A stretch of DNA of 64,000 nucleotides from Fibrobacterota bacterium (GTDB lineage: Bacteria; Fibrobacterota; Chitinivibrionia; Chitinivibrionales; Chitinispirillaceae), in the NCBI GenBank assembly GCA_023412475.1, contig JAEYNR010000039.1:30208-94207 (forward strand), written 5' to 3'. Position numbers and translations under genes: made by a program. This document shows, one piece after another, positions 1 through 10,571 of the stretch (its first letter is position 1; each line of letters opens with the position of its first letter). Below the pieces are notes generated by a model. That model saw nothing but the letters and a program-made list of their open reading frames with translations, searched no databases and had not been told where the DNA came from.

Positions 1-1
1 T

Positions 2-1969
2 ATGGTTCTTATCTACGCAGACCATGCCAAGGTCTATGTTCCGGTTGAAGATTTCCATAAAGTGCAGAAATATGTGGGTAAAGACACTGTAGAACCGTCG
101 CTCTCAAAAATAGGCACTTCTGCGTGGGAGCGGTTAAAAACCCGGACTCGTGAGTCTCTAAAGGAGATGGCTCAGGAGCTGATAGAACTCTATGCCAAAA
201 GACAGTTTCTGGAAGGTATTTCATTTCAGAAGGATAATATGTGGCAAAAAGAGTTTGAGGATTCCTTTATATATGAAGAAACGGTTGACCAGCTTAAGGC
301 CATTGAGGAAATTAAGGTGGATATGGAATCAGCTAAACCTATGGACCGGCTTATCTGTGGTGATGTAGGTTTTGGGAAAACCGAAGTAGCTATGCGAGCA
401 GCTTTCAAGGCGGTCATGTCTGGGTATCAGGTCGCAGTTCTTGCACCAACTACGATCCTTGCTGCGCAACACTATAGCACTTTCAAAGAAAGAATGTCCG
501 ATTTTCCAGTGAAGATAGCTTCTCTGAGCAGATTCCTCAGACCTTCTGAACAAAAACCGGTTATAGAAAAGGTGAAAGAAGGTAAAATCGATATACTGAT
601 CGGGACTCATAGGATTCTCTCCGAAGACATTGGTTTTAAGAATCTTGGGCTTATAATAGTCGATGAAGAGCAGCGTTTTGGAGTTAATCACAAGGAAAAA
701 CTGCGCCAGATGCGCTACAAGGTGGATACCTTATCCCTGAGTGCAACGCCTATTCCCAGAACATTACATATGTCTTTGATCGGTGCGCGTGACCTCTCTA
801 TCATCAATACCCCACCCAGAAACCGTCTGCCGATTGAGACAAAAGTTGAGCAATATCATGATGAATTGGTAAAAAAAGCGATCGAATATGAACTTCAGAG
901 GGGTGGACAGATCTACTTTGTGAATAATCGCATAAAGAATCTGGATGCAATTCAGGACAAGCTCGAACAGATCGCACCCAAAGCGCGCATCATTTCGGCA
1001 CATGGGCAAATGGATGAAAAACAGCTTGAACTGATAATGAAAGAATTTGTGGCTGGTCGTTATGATATTCTTCTTTCAACTGTAATAATAGAGAACGGTC
1101 TGGACATACCTAACGTCAACACCATCATCGTAAACCGATCAGACACACTGGGTCTATCTCAGCTCTACCAGTTGCGGGGAAGAGTCGGTCGTTCCTCCGA
1201 GCAGGCTTATGCCTATTTCCTCACACCCCCATTTAATCAGGTCAACGAAATATCGCTAAAAAGACTCCGGGCTTTGGAACAGTACACGGATCTGGGATCA
1301 GGTTTTCAGATAGCCATGCGTGATATGGAGATAAGGGGAGCTGGTAATATATTGGGAACAAGACAGCATGGGTTCATTGCTGCGGTGGGTTTTGAGCTTT
1401 ATTGCAGACTTCTTCAGGATGCTGTTGCCGAGATAAAGGGGGAGAAGACCGAAGAGCGAACTGCCGATGTTAAGCTGGAGATTCCGTTGGAAGCGTATAT
1501 ACCAACAGAGTATGTATCGGATGGACCGGCTCGTATTTCTCTTTATCAGGAGCTTTCTGCAGTATCGACTTCAGAAAACGTTGATGAGATTCAAAGTGGA
1601 ATGCATGACCGGTTTGGCCCTCTTCCCGAGAGTGTAAATTCGCTTATACTTCTGATGAAAATAAAAATATTGGCTCGCAGAGCAGGCAGCAGCAGAGTTG
1701 CTATTAATAAAAACGATGAACTGGTATTGTCTTTTCAGGGAGATCAGCAACAGATAAAAGATAATATTCAAATGTTGTTTCAATCTTCCGGGCGGGATTT
1801 TCAGGTTCAATATGAGGAACCTATTTCTCTTCGCACTAAACTTGCTGCTACTGGTAGAAAAGAGATGGCTCTGGAGGTAATCGGTATTTTGGACAAGATA
1901 GAGGTTACTAAGACCGACCTGCGAAAAGAACCGACGGAGAGAGGGAGCATGAAACAGGGAGAAATTTAA
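2..1969 (+). CDS. mfd: Transcription-repair coupling factor Mfd, C-terminal ~655 aa (5' end lies outside the window)
   Basis: Superfamily-2 helicase motifs GDVGFGKTEVAMRAAF, IIVDEEQRFG, SATPIPRTL and QLRGRVGRS, followed by a TRCF C-terminal region. The ORF is open at the window edge. Confidence 0.9.
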   Translation: MVLIYADHAKVYVPVEDFHKVQKYVGKDTVEPSLSKIGTSAWERLKTRTRESLKEMAQELIELYAKRQFLEGISFQKDNMWQKEFEDSFIYEETVDQLKAIEEIKVDMESAKPMDRLICGDVGFGKTEVAMRAAFKAVMSGYQVAVLAPTTILAAQHYSTFKERMSDFPVKIASLSRFLRPSEQKPVIEKVKEGKIDILIGTHRILSEDIGFKNLGLIIVDEEQRFGVNHKEKLRQMRYKVDTLSLSATPIPRTLHMSLIGARDLSIINTPPRNRLPIETKVEQYHDELVKKAIEYELQRGGQIYFVNNRIKNLDAIQDKLEQIAPKARIISAHGQMDEKQLELIMKEFVAGRYDILLSTVIIENGLDIPNVNTIIVNRSDTLGLSQLYQLRGRVGRSSEQAYAYFLTPPFNQVNEISLKRLRALEQYTDLGSGFQIAMRDMEIRGAGNILGTRQHGFIAAVGFELYCRLLQDAVAEIKGEKTEERTADVKLEIPLEAYIPTEYVSDGPARISLYQELSAVSTSENVDEIQSGMHDRFGPLPESVNSLILLMKIKILARRAGSSRVAINKNDELVLSFQGDQQQIKDNIQMLFQSSGRDFQVQYEEPISLRTKLAATGRKEMALEVIGILDKIEVTKTDLRKEPTERGSMKQGEI

Positions 1970-2097
1970 GAGAAGAAAGCAATCGAAAATGGCTTTTAAA
2001 AAGACCATCATGTATCTTTTTCTGGAATATGTTTCTTCTTCTATACAAGACTTATCTGCCTGAATAAATCATCGGCTTTGAGTATTGAAAGGTATCT

Positions 2098-2961
2098 ATG
2101 TTGAAAATAAAGAATAAATATTTGATTAGTCCGACCGTATTTGTACTCTTTATTTTTTTTCCCGGTTGCCAGGAAAAAAACTCCAGTCCGGTAATTGTTA
2201 GAATAGGTAATTCTACTCTTACAATTGAAGATCTTTATAAGAGTATTCCACCTGAATATGCAGATAGAATATCTCCCGAACAAAATGTTAATTATGTCAA
2301 ACAGTGGATCCAAACCGAGCTGCTATATCGTGAAGCGTTGCGTTTGAAATATGACAAAGAGGCTTATATTCAGGAAAGGCTTGAGAAAATGAAGAAAGAT
2401 CTTCTTGCAGCAGAAGTCATTAACAGATCCTCCAAGCTTTTCAGCAATTCTATAGATCAGAGCAGTATCACCGATTATTATAACCAGAATCAGAATAAAT
2501 TTATTAGAGATAAGGATATGGTTATATATCTGGAGATTGTAGTGGAAGATCTCAAGACTGCTTATTTGGTAAAACAAAATGCCAACCTCCATAATTTTTC
2601 CGAATATGCCGAAAAATATTCCAGGATTCCTTTTTCTGATACTCTCAATGTTACACCTGTTCCGGTTGATGATGTTCCTGCTGATCTGAAAAATGCCATT
2701 CAAGCCACCATGTCCGGTAACATTTCCAATCCGATAAAAAGTGGACTTGGTTATCATCTGTTATTGATCATAGAGAAACTTCCCAAAGATAGCATTTGCA
2801 GGGAAGAAGAGGTTAGGGAGGAGATCTTGACTATTCTATCTGCAAAAAAGCAGAAAGAAAATATTGAGAAGATGATTTCCTCTTTACGTCTTAAAAATGA
2901 AATGGAATACAACATGAATCTTATTACCGGAAACAATTCTGATAGCGTAGCCAATAATTAA
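2098..2961 (+). CDS. PrsA/SurA-like lipoprotein with a degenerate parvulin-type PPIase domain
   Basis: Lipobox-like N-terminus (IFFPGCQ). The C-terminal parvulin-like stretch ends in GLGYHLLLI but lacks the GGDLG motif. GAAAGG lies upstream of the ATG. Confidence 0.65.
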   Translation: MLKIKNKYLISPTVFVLFIFFPGCQEKNSSPVIVRIGNSTLTIEDLYKSIPPEYADRISPEQNVNYVKQWIQTELLYREALRLKYDKEAYIQERLEKMKKDLLAAEVINRSSKLFSNSIDQSSITDYYNQNQNKFIRDKDMVIYLEIVVEDLKTAYLVKQNANLHNFSEYAEKYSRIPFSDTLNVTPVPVDDVPADLKNAIQATMSGNISNPIKSGLGYHLLLIIEKLPKDSICREEEVREEILTILSAKKQKENIEKMISSLRLKNEMEYNMNLITGNNSDSVANN

Positions 2962-2979
2962 TGAGGAGTAACCCCGATA

Positions 2980-4266
2980 ATGCCAATTATCTTTTTATCA
3001 GCTTTGATGTTTTTCTTTTTTAGCTCAACCGCCTTTACCCAAGAGCGGCTTGACGGTGTTGTTGCTGTCATCGGAAATGAGATTGTCTTGCAATCTGAAC
3101 TTGATGCTTACAGTTTGCTGAGAATGGAGGGAATAGGCATAAACAAGGATAGCCCCGATATCGCCCAGCACAGAAAACGTTTTCTTGATGAGCTTATTGA
3201 TGGCAAAGTCTTGCTTGCTTATGCCAAAAAAGACACCACTATAATTGTCACAGAGCCCGAAGTCGATCAGATGCTTAACAACCATATCTCCATGCTTTTA
3301 AAGCAAAACAATCTCACTTTGGAACAACTGGATTCTGAACTTCAGAAGCAGCAGGGACTTCCTCTGAGCAAATTTAAGACTCAAGCCCGTAAAGCCATCA
3401 AAGAGCAGCTTTATAAACAGAAAATTCAGCAATCCTACCTCTCCTTCATAAAAGTTAATCGCAAAGACGTAGAGTCTTTTTATAAACAATATGTCGATAG
3501 CCTTCCAAAGGCAGGTGAGAGTATTCTTTTATCCAGGATTTCAATGAAAGTCGCTTCCTCCAGTTCGAAGCGGCAAGCAGCCTACGATAAAATACAAAGC
3601 GTAAAACAGAAACTGGACAAGGGTGAGGATTTCGCAGAATTGGCTAAAAAGTATTCTGAAAGTCCTGAAGCCGCACAAGGTGGTGATCTGGGATTTGTGG
3701 CCAAAGGCTCCCTCAATGAGCTTGCATTTGAGGAAAAAGCCTTCAACCTGGCTCGGGGTCAGATCAGTGAGCCTTTTGAAACCCGTCTGGGTTTTCACAT
3801 TATAAATGTTGTAGATAAGCACGATCAGAAAGTTCACATTCGTCAGATCTTTGTGAATATTGAACCTGACGAGCAGCAAATTAAGCATGTTAATTCTACT
3901 CTTGATTCCCTAAGGGCTAATTGCAAGACCAAAGACGATTTTTCAAAAGCCGTTAAAAAGTTCAGTACTGATTTAGAAAGCAAAAACCGAAATGGTTCCA
4001 TAGGGTGGATTTCCATGCTGGAACTCCCGGCGGCTGTAAGAATAGCAGTTGACACACTTACACCCGGGTCTGTAACCAGAATTGTAAATGAAGAAAACAT
4101 GTATTCCATTTACCGTATCGATGACCGGGTCAAACAACGTACCTTGAATCTGGAAAATGATTACGGGATTCTTTCCGAAAAGGCTAGAGATATCATGGCT
4201 CAGAAAAAACTTATCGACCTGGTATCACAATGGAAACAGGGTCTTTTTATTGATATCAGGCTTTAG
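2980..4266 (+). CDS. SurA-like periplasmic chaperone / parvulin peptidyl-prolyl isomerase
   Basis: Signal peptide, SurA-like N-terminal domain, and parvulin motifs GGDLGFVAKGSL and LGFHIINV. GAGGAG lies upstream. Confidence 0.8.
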   Translation: MPIIFLSALMFFFFSSTAFTQERLDGVVAVIGNEIVLQSELDAYSLLRMEGIGINKDSPDIAQHRKRFLDELIDGKVLLAYAKKDTTIIVTEPEVDQMLNNHISMLLKQNNLTLEQLDSELQKQQGLPLSKFKTQARKAIKEQLYKQKIQQSYLSFIKVNRKDVESFYKQYVDSLPKAGESILLSRISMKVASSSSKRQAAYDKIQSVKQKLDKGEDFAELAKKYSESPEAAQGGDLGFVAKGSLNELAFEEKAFNLARGQISEPFETRLGFHIINVVDKHDQKVHIRQIFVNIEPDEQQIKHVNSTLDSLRANCKTKDDFSKAVKKFSTDLESKNRNGSIGWISMLELPAAVRIAVDTLTPGSVTRIVNEENMYSIYRIDDRVKQRTLNLENDYGILSEKARDIMAQKKLIDLVSQWKQGLFIDIRL

Positions 4267-4284
4267 GAAAAGGATTTTTGAGAC

Positions 4285-5019
4285 GTGGAATATCAGGCGT
4301 TGGCACCAATATATGACCGGATGATGAATCATGTGGAATATGATGAATGGGCTTTGCTAATAACCAAAATCCTGAAAAAATATTGCTCTGCCATTAAACC
4401 TTCTGTTCTGGAGCTTGGGGGTGGTACTGCACTGCTGGCTCAATATCTGGAAAAACTTAATGTCTCCTATTTTGGGTCAGATTCCAGCTTCTCAATGTGT
4501 CAGCAGGCTCACAAAAAATCCTTTCCCTTCTTCTGCTGTGATTGTCGTCATATTGCAGTAAAGAAAAAATTTGATCTTATTATTTTTCTTTATGACGGGA
4601 TTAACTATCTTCAGACGCTGCAGGACTATGCGCTGCTTTTTAATGAAATTTATTACTGCCTCCAAGATAACGGTTTATTTCTGTTCGATATTACTACAGA
4701 AACCAATTCCCTGAGACATTTCCATGATTATGTTGACTTCGAGGATTTTGGTGATTCTTTCTACATGCGCCACAGTTACTATGATCCTGAATGTTGTTTT
4801 CAGTTTAATGATTTCACTATTTTTAAGAAATACAAAGACACTGATTTTTTCGAGAAATTCAACGAACTCCATATGCAGAAGGTTTTCCCTGCAAAGTCAA
4901 TTGAGGAGCAGATTCCTTCCACCAAATTCAAAATAATTGGTATATGGGATGACATTTCATTCAGGAAAAGTTCTGCGAAATCTGAACGTATCCATTTTTT
5001 AATTAAAAAAACAGGATAA
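4285..5019 (+). CDS. Class I SAM-dependent methyltransferase
   Basis: Motif I VLELGGGTALLA and post-I/II spacing typical of Methyltransf_11/25. GTG start as given by the ORF track. Confidence 0.75.
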   Translation: MEYQALAPIYDRMMNHVEYDEWALLITKILKKYCSAIKPSVLELGGGTALLAQYLEKLNVSYFGSDSSFSMCQQAHKKSFPFFCCDCRHIAVKKKFDLIIFLYDGINYLQTLQDYALLFNEIYYCLQDNGLFLFDITTETNSLRHFHDYVDFEDFGDSFYMRHSYYDPECCFQFNDFTIFKKYKDTDFFEKFNELHMQKVFPAKSIEEQIPSTKFKIIGIWDDISFRKSSAKSERIHFLIKKTG

Positions 5020-5021
5020 TT

Positions 5022-5720
5022 ATGATTCAGTTTTCTCATGTGAGTAAAAGATTTGACGGCAGTTACGATGCTTTGAAAGATATCTCTTTTTTTATCGATA
5101 AAGGGGAATTTGTATTTCTGACCGGGGCCAGTGGAGCCGGTAAAACTACTTTACTCAAACACATATATATGGAGGAGTTTCCCAGTACCGGTGAAGTCTT
5201 TGTTTGTGACTATGATTCCAAATACATAAAGCAATCCCAGATACCTTATCTAAGAAGAAAACTGGGTGTTGTATTTCAGGATTTTCGGCTATTGAATGAC
5301 AGAAACATTTTTGAAAATGTTGCTTTCTCATTAAGAGTAATTGGAAAGAAAGAAAGAGACATCAAAAAAAAAGTCTTTGAAGTCCTCTCTTTAACCGGTT
5401 TGATCCATAAGTGTTTTCATTTCCCCAATCAACTTTCTGGCGGTGAACAACAAAGGGTCTGTATCTCCAGGGCTATAGTCAACGATCCCTGGGTTCTTCT
5501 GGCTGACGAACCTACTGGTAATCTGGATCTAGCTGTTTCCAAAGATATATTTTCTTTACTGCAAACCATAAACAGTTGGGGTACCACAATTATCATGTCA
5601 ACACATGATTTACATCTAATTGAGCCTTATCATTACAGACGTCTAGTTCTCTCCAGTGGCTCACTTATTAGTGGAGGGGATGCATCCGTTAAACCTAAAT
5701 TCTCGGGGAGTTTCCTATGA
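5022..5720 (+). CDS. ftsE: Cell-division ABC ATPase FtsE
   Basis: Walker A GASGAGKTTLLK, signature LSGGEQQRVCISRAI, Walker B LLADEPTGNLD. Size of 232 aa and overall pattern are typical of FtsE. Confidence 0.8.
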   Translation: MIQFSHVSKRFDGSYDALKDISFFIDKGEFVFLTGASGAGKTTLLKHIYMEEFPSTGEVFVCDYDSKYIKQSQIPYLRRKLGVVFQDFRLLNDRNIFENVAFSLRVIGKKERDIKKKVFEVLSLTGLIHKCFHFPNQLSGGEQQRVCISRAIVNDPWVLLADEPTGNLDLAVSKDIFSLLQTINSWGTTIIMSTHDLHLIEPYHYRRLVLSSGSLISGGDASVKPKFSGSFL

Positions 5721-6667
5721 TGATTATTGTTACAGGATGTGCTGGATTTATCGGATATCACCTCTGCAGATATCTTCTTGACCAAAAACACAAAATAATT
5801 GGTATAGACAGTGTTAATGAATATTATGCCCCGGAACTAAAAAAAGCCCGACTTGCACAGCTCTTACCTTCGCCTGATTTCTCTTTCCATAAAGCCGATA
5901 TTTGCGACTTCCAATCTATGGAGAAGCTTTTTGATAGCTCTAATGCGGATATGGTCTGCCATTTAGCAGCTCAAGCTGGCGTAAGGTATTCTATTACTCA
6001 TCCTTTTGCCTATCAAAAGTCTAACAATGAGGGCTTTTTAAACATTTTAGAGCTTTCAAGAAGATACAAAGTTAAAAACTTCGTGTATGCGTCATCTTCT
6101 TCTGTGTATGGAAAAAACTGCAAACTCCCTTTCTCAGAGGATGATCCTGTCGATCAACCGATCTCTCTTTATGCTGCTACCAAAAGATCAAATGAATTGA
6201 CCGCATTCTGTTACAGCCATCTTTATAATCTTAACACATCGGGCCTGAGATTTTTCACTGTTTACGGCCCCTGGGGAAGACCTGATATGGCTTTATTTAT
6301 TTTCACAAAGGCCATCATTGAAAACCGGCCAATAGAAATTTTCAACAATGGAAAAATGTTGAGGAATTTTACTTATGTAGATGATATTGTAGACGGTATT
6401 GCAAGGGTACTTAACAATCCCAAACCTTGCGAGGTATATAATATTGGCAATGATAGAGCTGAGAACCTTCTCGATTTCATCTCCGAGATAGAAAACTGCA
6501 TAGGCAAAAAATCTATTCGGAATTATCAACCGATGCAAATGGGAGATGTCCCTGCTACTGTAGCCGATATAAAAAAGATCCAGTCTCTGGGATATCAACC
6601 TAAAACCAACATCGATAAGGGTATTAAACAATTTATAAACTGGTACCGCGATTATTACCGGGTTTGA
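5717..6667 (+). CDS. NAD-dependent sugar epimerase, UDP-glucuronate 4-epimerase-like SDR
   Basis: VTGCAGFIGYHL (GxxGxxG), YAATKRSNE (YxxxK), and LRFFTVYGPWGRPDMA characteristic of the uronate 4-epimerase subgroup. The ATG overlaps the ftsE stop (ATGA). Confidence 0.8.
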   Translation: MMIIVTGCAGFIGYHLCRYLLDQKHKIIGIDSVNEYYAPELKKARLAQLLPSPDFSFHKADICDFQSMEKLFDSSNADMVCHLAAQAGVRYSITHPFAYQKSNNEGFLNILELSRRYKVKNFVYASSSSVYGKNCKLPFSEDDPVDQPISLYAATKRSNELTAFCYSHLYNLNTSGLRFFTVYGPWGRPDMALFIFTKAIIENRPIEIFNNGKMLRNFTYVDDIVDGIARVLNNPKPCEVYNIGNDRAENLLDFISEIENCIGKKSIRNYQPMQMGDVPATVADIKKIQSLGYQPKTNIDKGIKQFINWYRDYYRV

Positions 6668-6749
6668 TAGTACTGTATCTCAACTTACGGCGAAAACCTG
6701 AGAGTATATTTACCTTCTGCCTAAATTTTAATTCATTCAAAGGAGTTGT

Positions 6750-7988
6750 ATGTACAATCCGAAGATTTGTGTTGTTGGATTGGGATATGTAGGTTTACCC
6801 CTGGCCGTAGAGTTAGCTAAGTATTTTAATGTTACGGGTTTTGATATTAATGAATCCAGAATTAACAACCTGGTTTCAGGCTTTGACCCTACCGGCGAAA
6901 CAGATAGCCAAACACTCAAATCTTCTACATTAAGTTATGCTTCTGATCCATCATTGCTTAAAGAAGCCGACTTTATAATAGTTGCTGTTCCTACACCCAT
7001 CGATGAGCATAAGTCTCCGGATTTGACCCCTCTTTACCGTTCATCAGAAACGGTTGGTAAAAACCTTAAGAAAGGCGCAATAGTAGTTTATGAGTCTACC
7101 GTATATCCGGGAGTAACAGAAGAAGAGTGTGTTCCAGTGCTGGAGCGATTTTCGGGAATGAAATGGAAAAAGGATTTTTTTGTGGGATATTCACCCGAGA
7201 GAATCAATCCCGGTGATAAAGTGCATACAGTTTCTAAAATTACCAAAATTGTTTCAGGTGATTGTGCAGAAACCCTGGAAAAAGTTGCACATGTGTACGG
7301 TACCGCTGTTACGGCCGGTGTTTACAAAGCCTCTTGTATCAAAGTAGCAGAAGCAGCCAAAGTGATTGAAAATACCCAAAGAGACATCAATATAGCATTA
7401 ATGAATGAGCTGAAAATAATTTTTGATAAAATGAACGTTTCTACCAAAGAGGTGTTGCAGGCTGCTGGTACCAAATGGAACTTTCTCCCTTTTGAACCTG
7501 GTCTGGTTGGGGGTCATTGTATCGGTGTCGATCCTTATTATCTGGCTTATAAAGCTGAAGAAATCGGGCATCATCCACAGATAATCATGGCCGGAAGGCG
7601 TATTAATGATGCAATGGGCAGATATTTTGGACGGGAACTGATCAAGAAAATGATTCACAAAAGAATCACTATAATGAGTGCTGATGTGCTTATTTTGGGT
7701 ATTACCTTTAAAGAGAACGTTCCTGATATCAGAAACTCCAGAGTTATTGATATCATTAAGGAACTTGAGGATTTTGGAATTAATGTTCATGTGTGGGATC
7801 CTGTGGCAAACCCCGAAGAGGTAAAAAAGGAATATGGAATAGACCTTATTGAAAATGTTCATAATAAGACATTTGATTCTATTCTTTTAGCGGTAAAGCA
7901 CAGTCAATTTATCAATATGAGTAAAGATGGTTTTCAGAAGTTACTATCATCTGACGGCTTATTTTATGATATTAAAGAGGTCTTATAG
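6750..7988 (+). CDS. Nucleotide-sugar 6-dehydrogenase (TviB/WbpO-like UDP-N-acetyl-hexosamine dehydrogenase family)
   Basis: N-terminal Rossmann motif ICVVGLGYVGLPLAVELA and catalytic-Cys motif GGHCIGVDPYYL. AAGGAG RBS. Confidence 0.85.
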   Translation: MYNPKICVVGLGYVGLPLAVELAKYFNVTGFDINESRINNLVSGFDPTGETDSQTLKSSTLSYASDPSLLKEADFIIVAVPTPIDEHKSPDLTPLYRSSETVGKNLKKGAIVVYESTVYPGVTEEECVPVLERFSGMKWKKDFFVGYSPERINPGDKVHTVSKITKIVSGDCAETLEKVAHVYGTAVTAGVYKASCIKVAEAAKVIENTQRDINIALMNELKIIFDKMNVSTKEVLQAAGTKWNFLPFEPGLVGGHCIGVDPYYLAYKAEEIGHHPQIIMAGRRINDAMGRYFGRELIKKMIHKRITIMSADVLILGITFKENVPDIRNSRVIDIIKELEDFGINVHVWDPVANPEEVKKEYGIDLIENVHNKTFDSILLAVKHSQFINMSKDGFQKLLSSDGLFYDIKEVL

Positions 7989-7989
7989 G

Positions 7990-10413
7990 ATGAATTCGAA
8001 TTGGTTCTTTTTTCTTTTCTTTTTTTCTGTAGTTTCTCTTAATTACGGGCAAACTAAATCAAATGCAGATCTGCTTCTGCTTAAAAAGCTTGGGAGCAGT
8101 CTGCCAAAAGACAAGATTGAATATTCAGATGATGTCAATCGTTTATTGAATAGTTACACTACAAAAAATGATACAGCCGTAACAGACTCTACTGACAGTC
8201 TTTCAATCGATTCAACTGTTTCTAAAGATACTGTTAAGCTTTCGGTGTACCAGAAACTCATCAAAGGTGAAAACATTAATCCTGACAGTATGCTTACAGA
8301 TATTAATATCTTTGGCTACGATCTTTTTAATAAACAGCAGCCCTCTACTTTTACTCCAACAGAGGCAGCTTCGGTTCCGGCAGATTACCCGATCAATGCT
8401 GGTGATGAGATTAATCTTCTGCTATGGGGAAGAATAAATGAAGAATACAATTTAGAGGTCTCCAGAGACGGCACCATTAACATTCCCAGGATTGGACCGG
8501 TTTCTGTTGCCAACCAGACTTTTACAAGCATGAAAAAGAATATAACCGATAGAATTGAAAAAATCGAAGGCGTTAATTCCACCATTTCCATGGGAAAATT
8601 AAGAACGATCGGTGTATATATTGTAGGTGAAGTAAAAACACCTGGTTTTTATACTGTTAGTGCTCTTTCAAATGTTACAAATGCACTCTTTTACGCAGGC
8701 GGGCCCACTCACAATGGCTCCCTGAGAAATGTTCAGTTAAAACGCAATGGCAAAGTTATTACCACAATTGATTTTTATGATTTTCTTTTATCAGGAAACG
8801 ACCGCAGCAACCTTAGACTGCAATCAGGTGATGTTATCATGGTTCCTCTGATTAAAGAAATGGCCGCTGTTGTGGGTAACGTTAGAAGAAGTGCTTTGTA
8901 TGAATTAAAAGGGAAAGAAGATTTGCAAAGTATTATCGGACTGGCTGGCGGTATAACTCCTGCTGCCTGGGTAAACAGAATCCAGATTGAACGCTACTTC
9001 AACAACAGCAAAAAAATTGTTCTGGATATCGATTCTATGAGTCAGAAATTTGCGAACTTCGAAATCATTGATGGTGATATAGTTAAAATATACCCGGTCC
9101 TGGAAAAAGATAAAAATGCTGTTTATCTCAGTGGAAACATTTTGAGGCCGGGCAAATATGAGTTCCGTGAAGGAATGAAGATTACTGATATTATCCCCAA
9201 TTACCACAGTCTGCTTCCGGAAACTTATTTCGAGTATGCTATCATATTACGGCAGGAACCTCCTTCATTTTTAAACCGAATCATAGCATTTGATCTTAAA
9301 CAGATACTCGAAAACCCAGATTCTCACCATAACATTCTTTTACAGGAAAGAGACCAGATCGTAATCTATGACAGAGATTTTTTTGAGCCTGATCGCTCCA
9401 TTTCCATTGAAGGTGCGGTAACAAAAGAAGGAAAATATAAGCTACTAAACAATATGAAAATACGTGATCTGATTCTTCAGGCCGGTGGACTAAGTGATGA
9501 AGCAAGTAATAATCGAGGTGAATTGTATAGAAGGGTCTCTATTAACAATGAGTCTATATCAATAGAAAAATTGGATTTTTCTATTGATAAGGCTATGACA
9601 GATGATCCTCAGCACAATCTAGTTTTACAAAAATCAGATCGTGTTTTCATCAGAAGTAAAAAGGGATGGGAGGATGAGCGAAAAGTAACCTTGTCAGGGC
9701 AGTTTGTTTACCCTGGAACTTATGTCCTCTTCGAAAAAGAAACTCTCGGTGATTTAATAAAAAGAGCTGGCGGTTATAAAGATGATGCATATCTTGCTGC
9801 TGCAGTTTTTAGCAGACATTCTATCGGTGAACTGCAGAAAAATTATGCCCAGGAGTACTCTAAACAGACAGAAATGGAGATCCTTAATTTATCCTCAGAT
9901 GCTGCCGGAAAACTTGATCCTGAGTTGGTCAAGCAGATAACCAATCAACAATTATCCTTAACGAAAAAAAGTGACGAGAAAATTGTGAGTGGAAGAGTTA
10001 TTATTGATCTAAATAATGAAAACAACTATGGTGACTTCTTCTTGGAAGATGGTGATGAATTGCATGTTCCCAGAAACAGCAACATCGTTTCTGTTGTAGG
10101 TGAAGTATTTAACCCTTCCACTTTTAAATTCGAAGTGCATAACAGTAAAGTCTCAGATGTCATCGAAACAGCAGGTGGAATGAAGAAAAATGCTGATAAG
10201 AGGCGAATCTACATTATAAAAGCTAATGGTAAGATTGTGACAAATAAAAGTATTAAAATTCTTTCCAGTAATCTGGAACCTGGAGATGCTGTTGTAGTTC
10301 CACAAAGAATTAAATATTCTAAAGGATTTGGCGAATCTATCAAAACAGTTTTTGAAACCCTTGGGGCCCTTACTACTGTTATTACTCTGATTATTGCTTT
10401 GAAGTCTTTGTGA
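7990..10413 (+). CDS. Polysaccharide export protein, Wza family with multiple SLBB domains
   Basis: I start it at ATG 7990 (MNSNWFFFLFFFSVVSLNYGQ signal peptide), 1 nt after the upstream stop, rather than at the track's 7927. Poly_export-like PADYPINAGDEINLLLWG, then repeated SLBB-type GD-x-[IV]-x-[IV]P motifs (GDVIMVP, GDIVKIYP, GDELHVP, GDAVVVPQ). Confidence 0.75.
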   Translation: MNSNWFFFLFFFSVVSLNYGQTKSNADLLLLKKLGSSLPKDKIEYSDDVNRLLNSYTTKNDTAVTDSTDSLSIDSTVSKDTVKLSVYQKLIKGENINPDSMLTDINIFGYDLFNKQQPSTFTPTEAASVPADYPINAGDEINLLLWGRINEEYNLEVSRDGTINIPRIGPVSVANQTFTSMKKNITDRIEKIEGVNSTISMGKLRTIGVYIVGEVKTPGFYTVSALSNVTNALFYAGGPTHNGSLRNVQLKRNGKVITTIDFYDFLLSGNDRSNLRLQSGDVIMVPLIKEMAAVVGNVRRSALYELKGKEDLQSIIGLAGGITPAAWVNRIQIERYFNNSKKIVLDIDSMSQKFANFEIIDGDIVKIYPVLEKDKNAVYLSGNILRPGKYEFREGMKITDIIPNYHSLLPETYFEYAIILRQEPPSFLNRIIAFDLKQILENPDSHHNILLQERDQIVIYDRDFFEPDRSISIEGAVTKEGKYKLLNNMKIRDLILQAGGLSDEASNNRGELYRRVSINNESISIEKLDFSIDKAMTDDPQHNLVLQKSDRVFIRSKKGWEDERKVTLSGQFVYPGTYVLFEKETLGDLIKRAGGYKDDAYLAAAVFSRHSIGELQKNYAQEYSKQTEMEILNLSSDAAGKLDPELVKQITNQQLSLTKKSDEKIVSGRVIIDLNNENNYGDFFLEDGDELHVPRNSNIVSVVGEVFNPSTFKFEVHNSKVSDVIETAGGMKKNADKRRIYIIKANGKIVTNKSIKILSSNLEPGDAVVVPQRIKYSKGFGESIKTVFETLGALTTVITLIIALKSL

Positions 10414-10571
10414 TGGAAATTAAGATTACAAATGCAAAACACTAAAAATCAGTATGCTGTAATAGCCATTGAACACTGTTAAAAGATATTAAAATGGCGG
10501 TATTCTGAATTGGGATAGAAGTAATTTGACACTACAGCATCTTTTTAGATCAGATGTTTCTAAGGTAACTT

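Noticed and set aside
7927-7989. The track extends the exporter ORF upstream (MVFRSYYHLTAYFMILKRSYR...), overlapping the dehydrogenase 3' end by 62 nt.
   Set aside because: The signal peptide begins at ATG 7990, directly after the upstream stop. The extension has no functional features.
10496-10503. GGCGGTAT upstream of the first glycosyltransferase resembles the ops/JUMPstart element GGCGGTAG.
   Set aside because: It is only a 7/8 match. ops/RfaH is a proteobacterial feature, and no RfaH/UpxY-like gene is in the window. A chance 8-mer near-match is expected.
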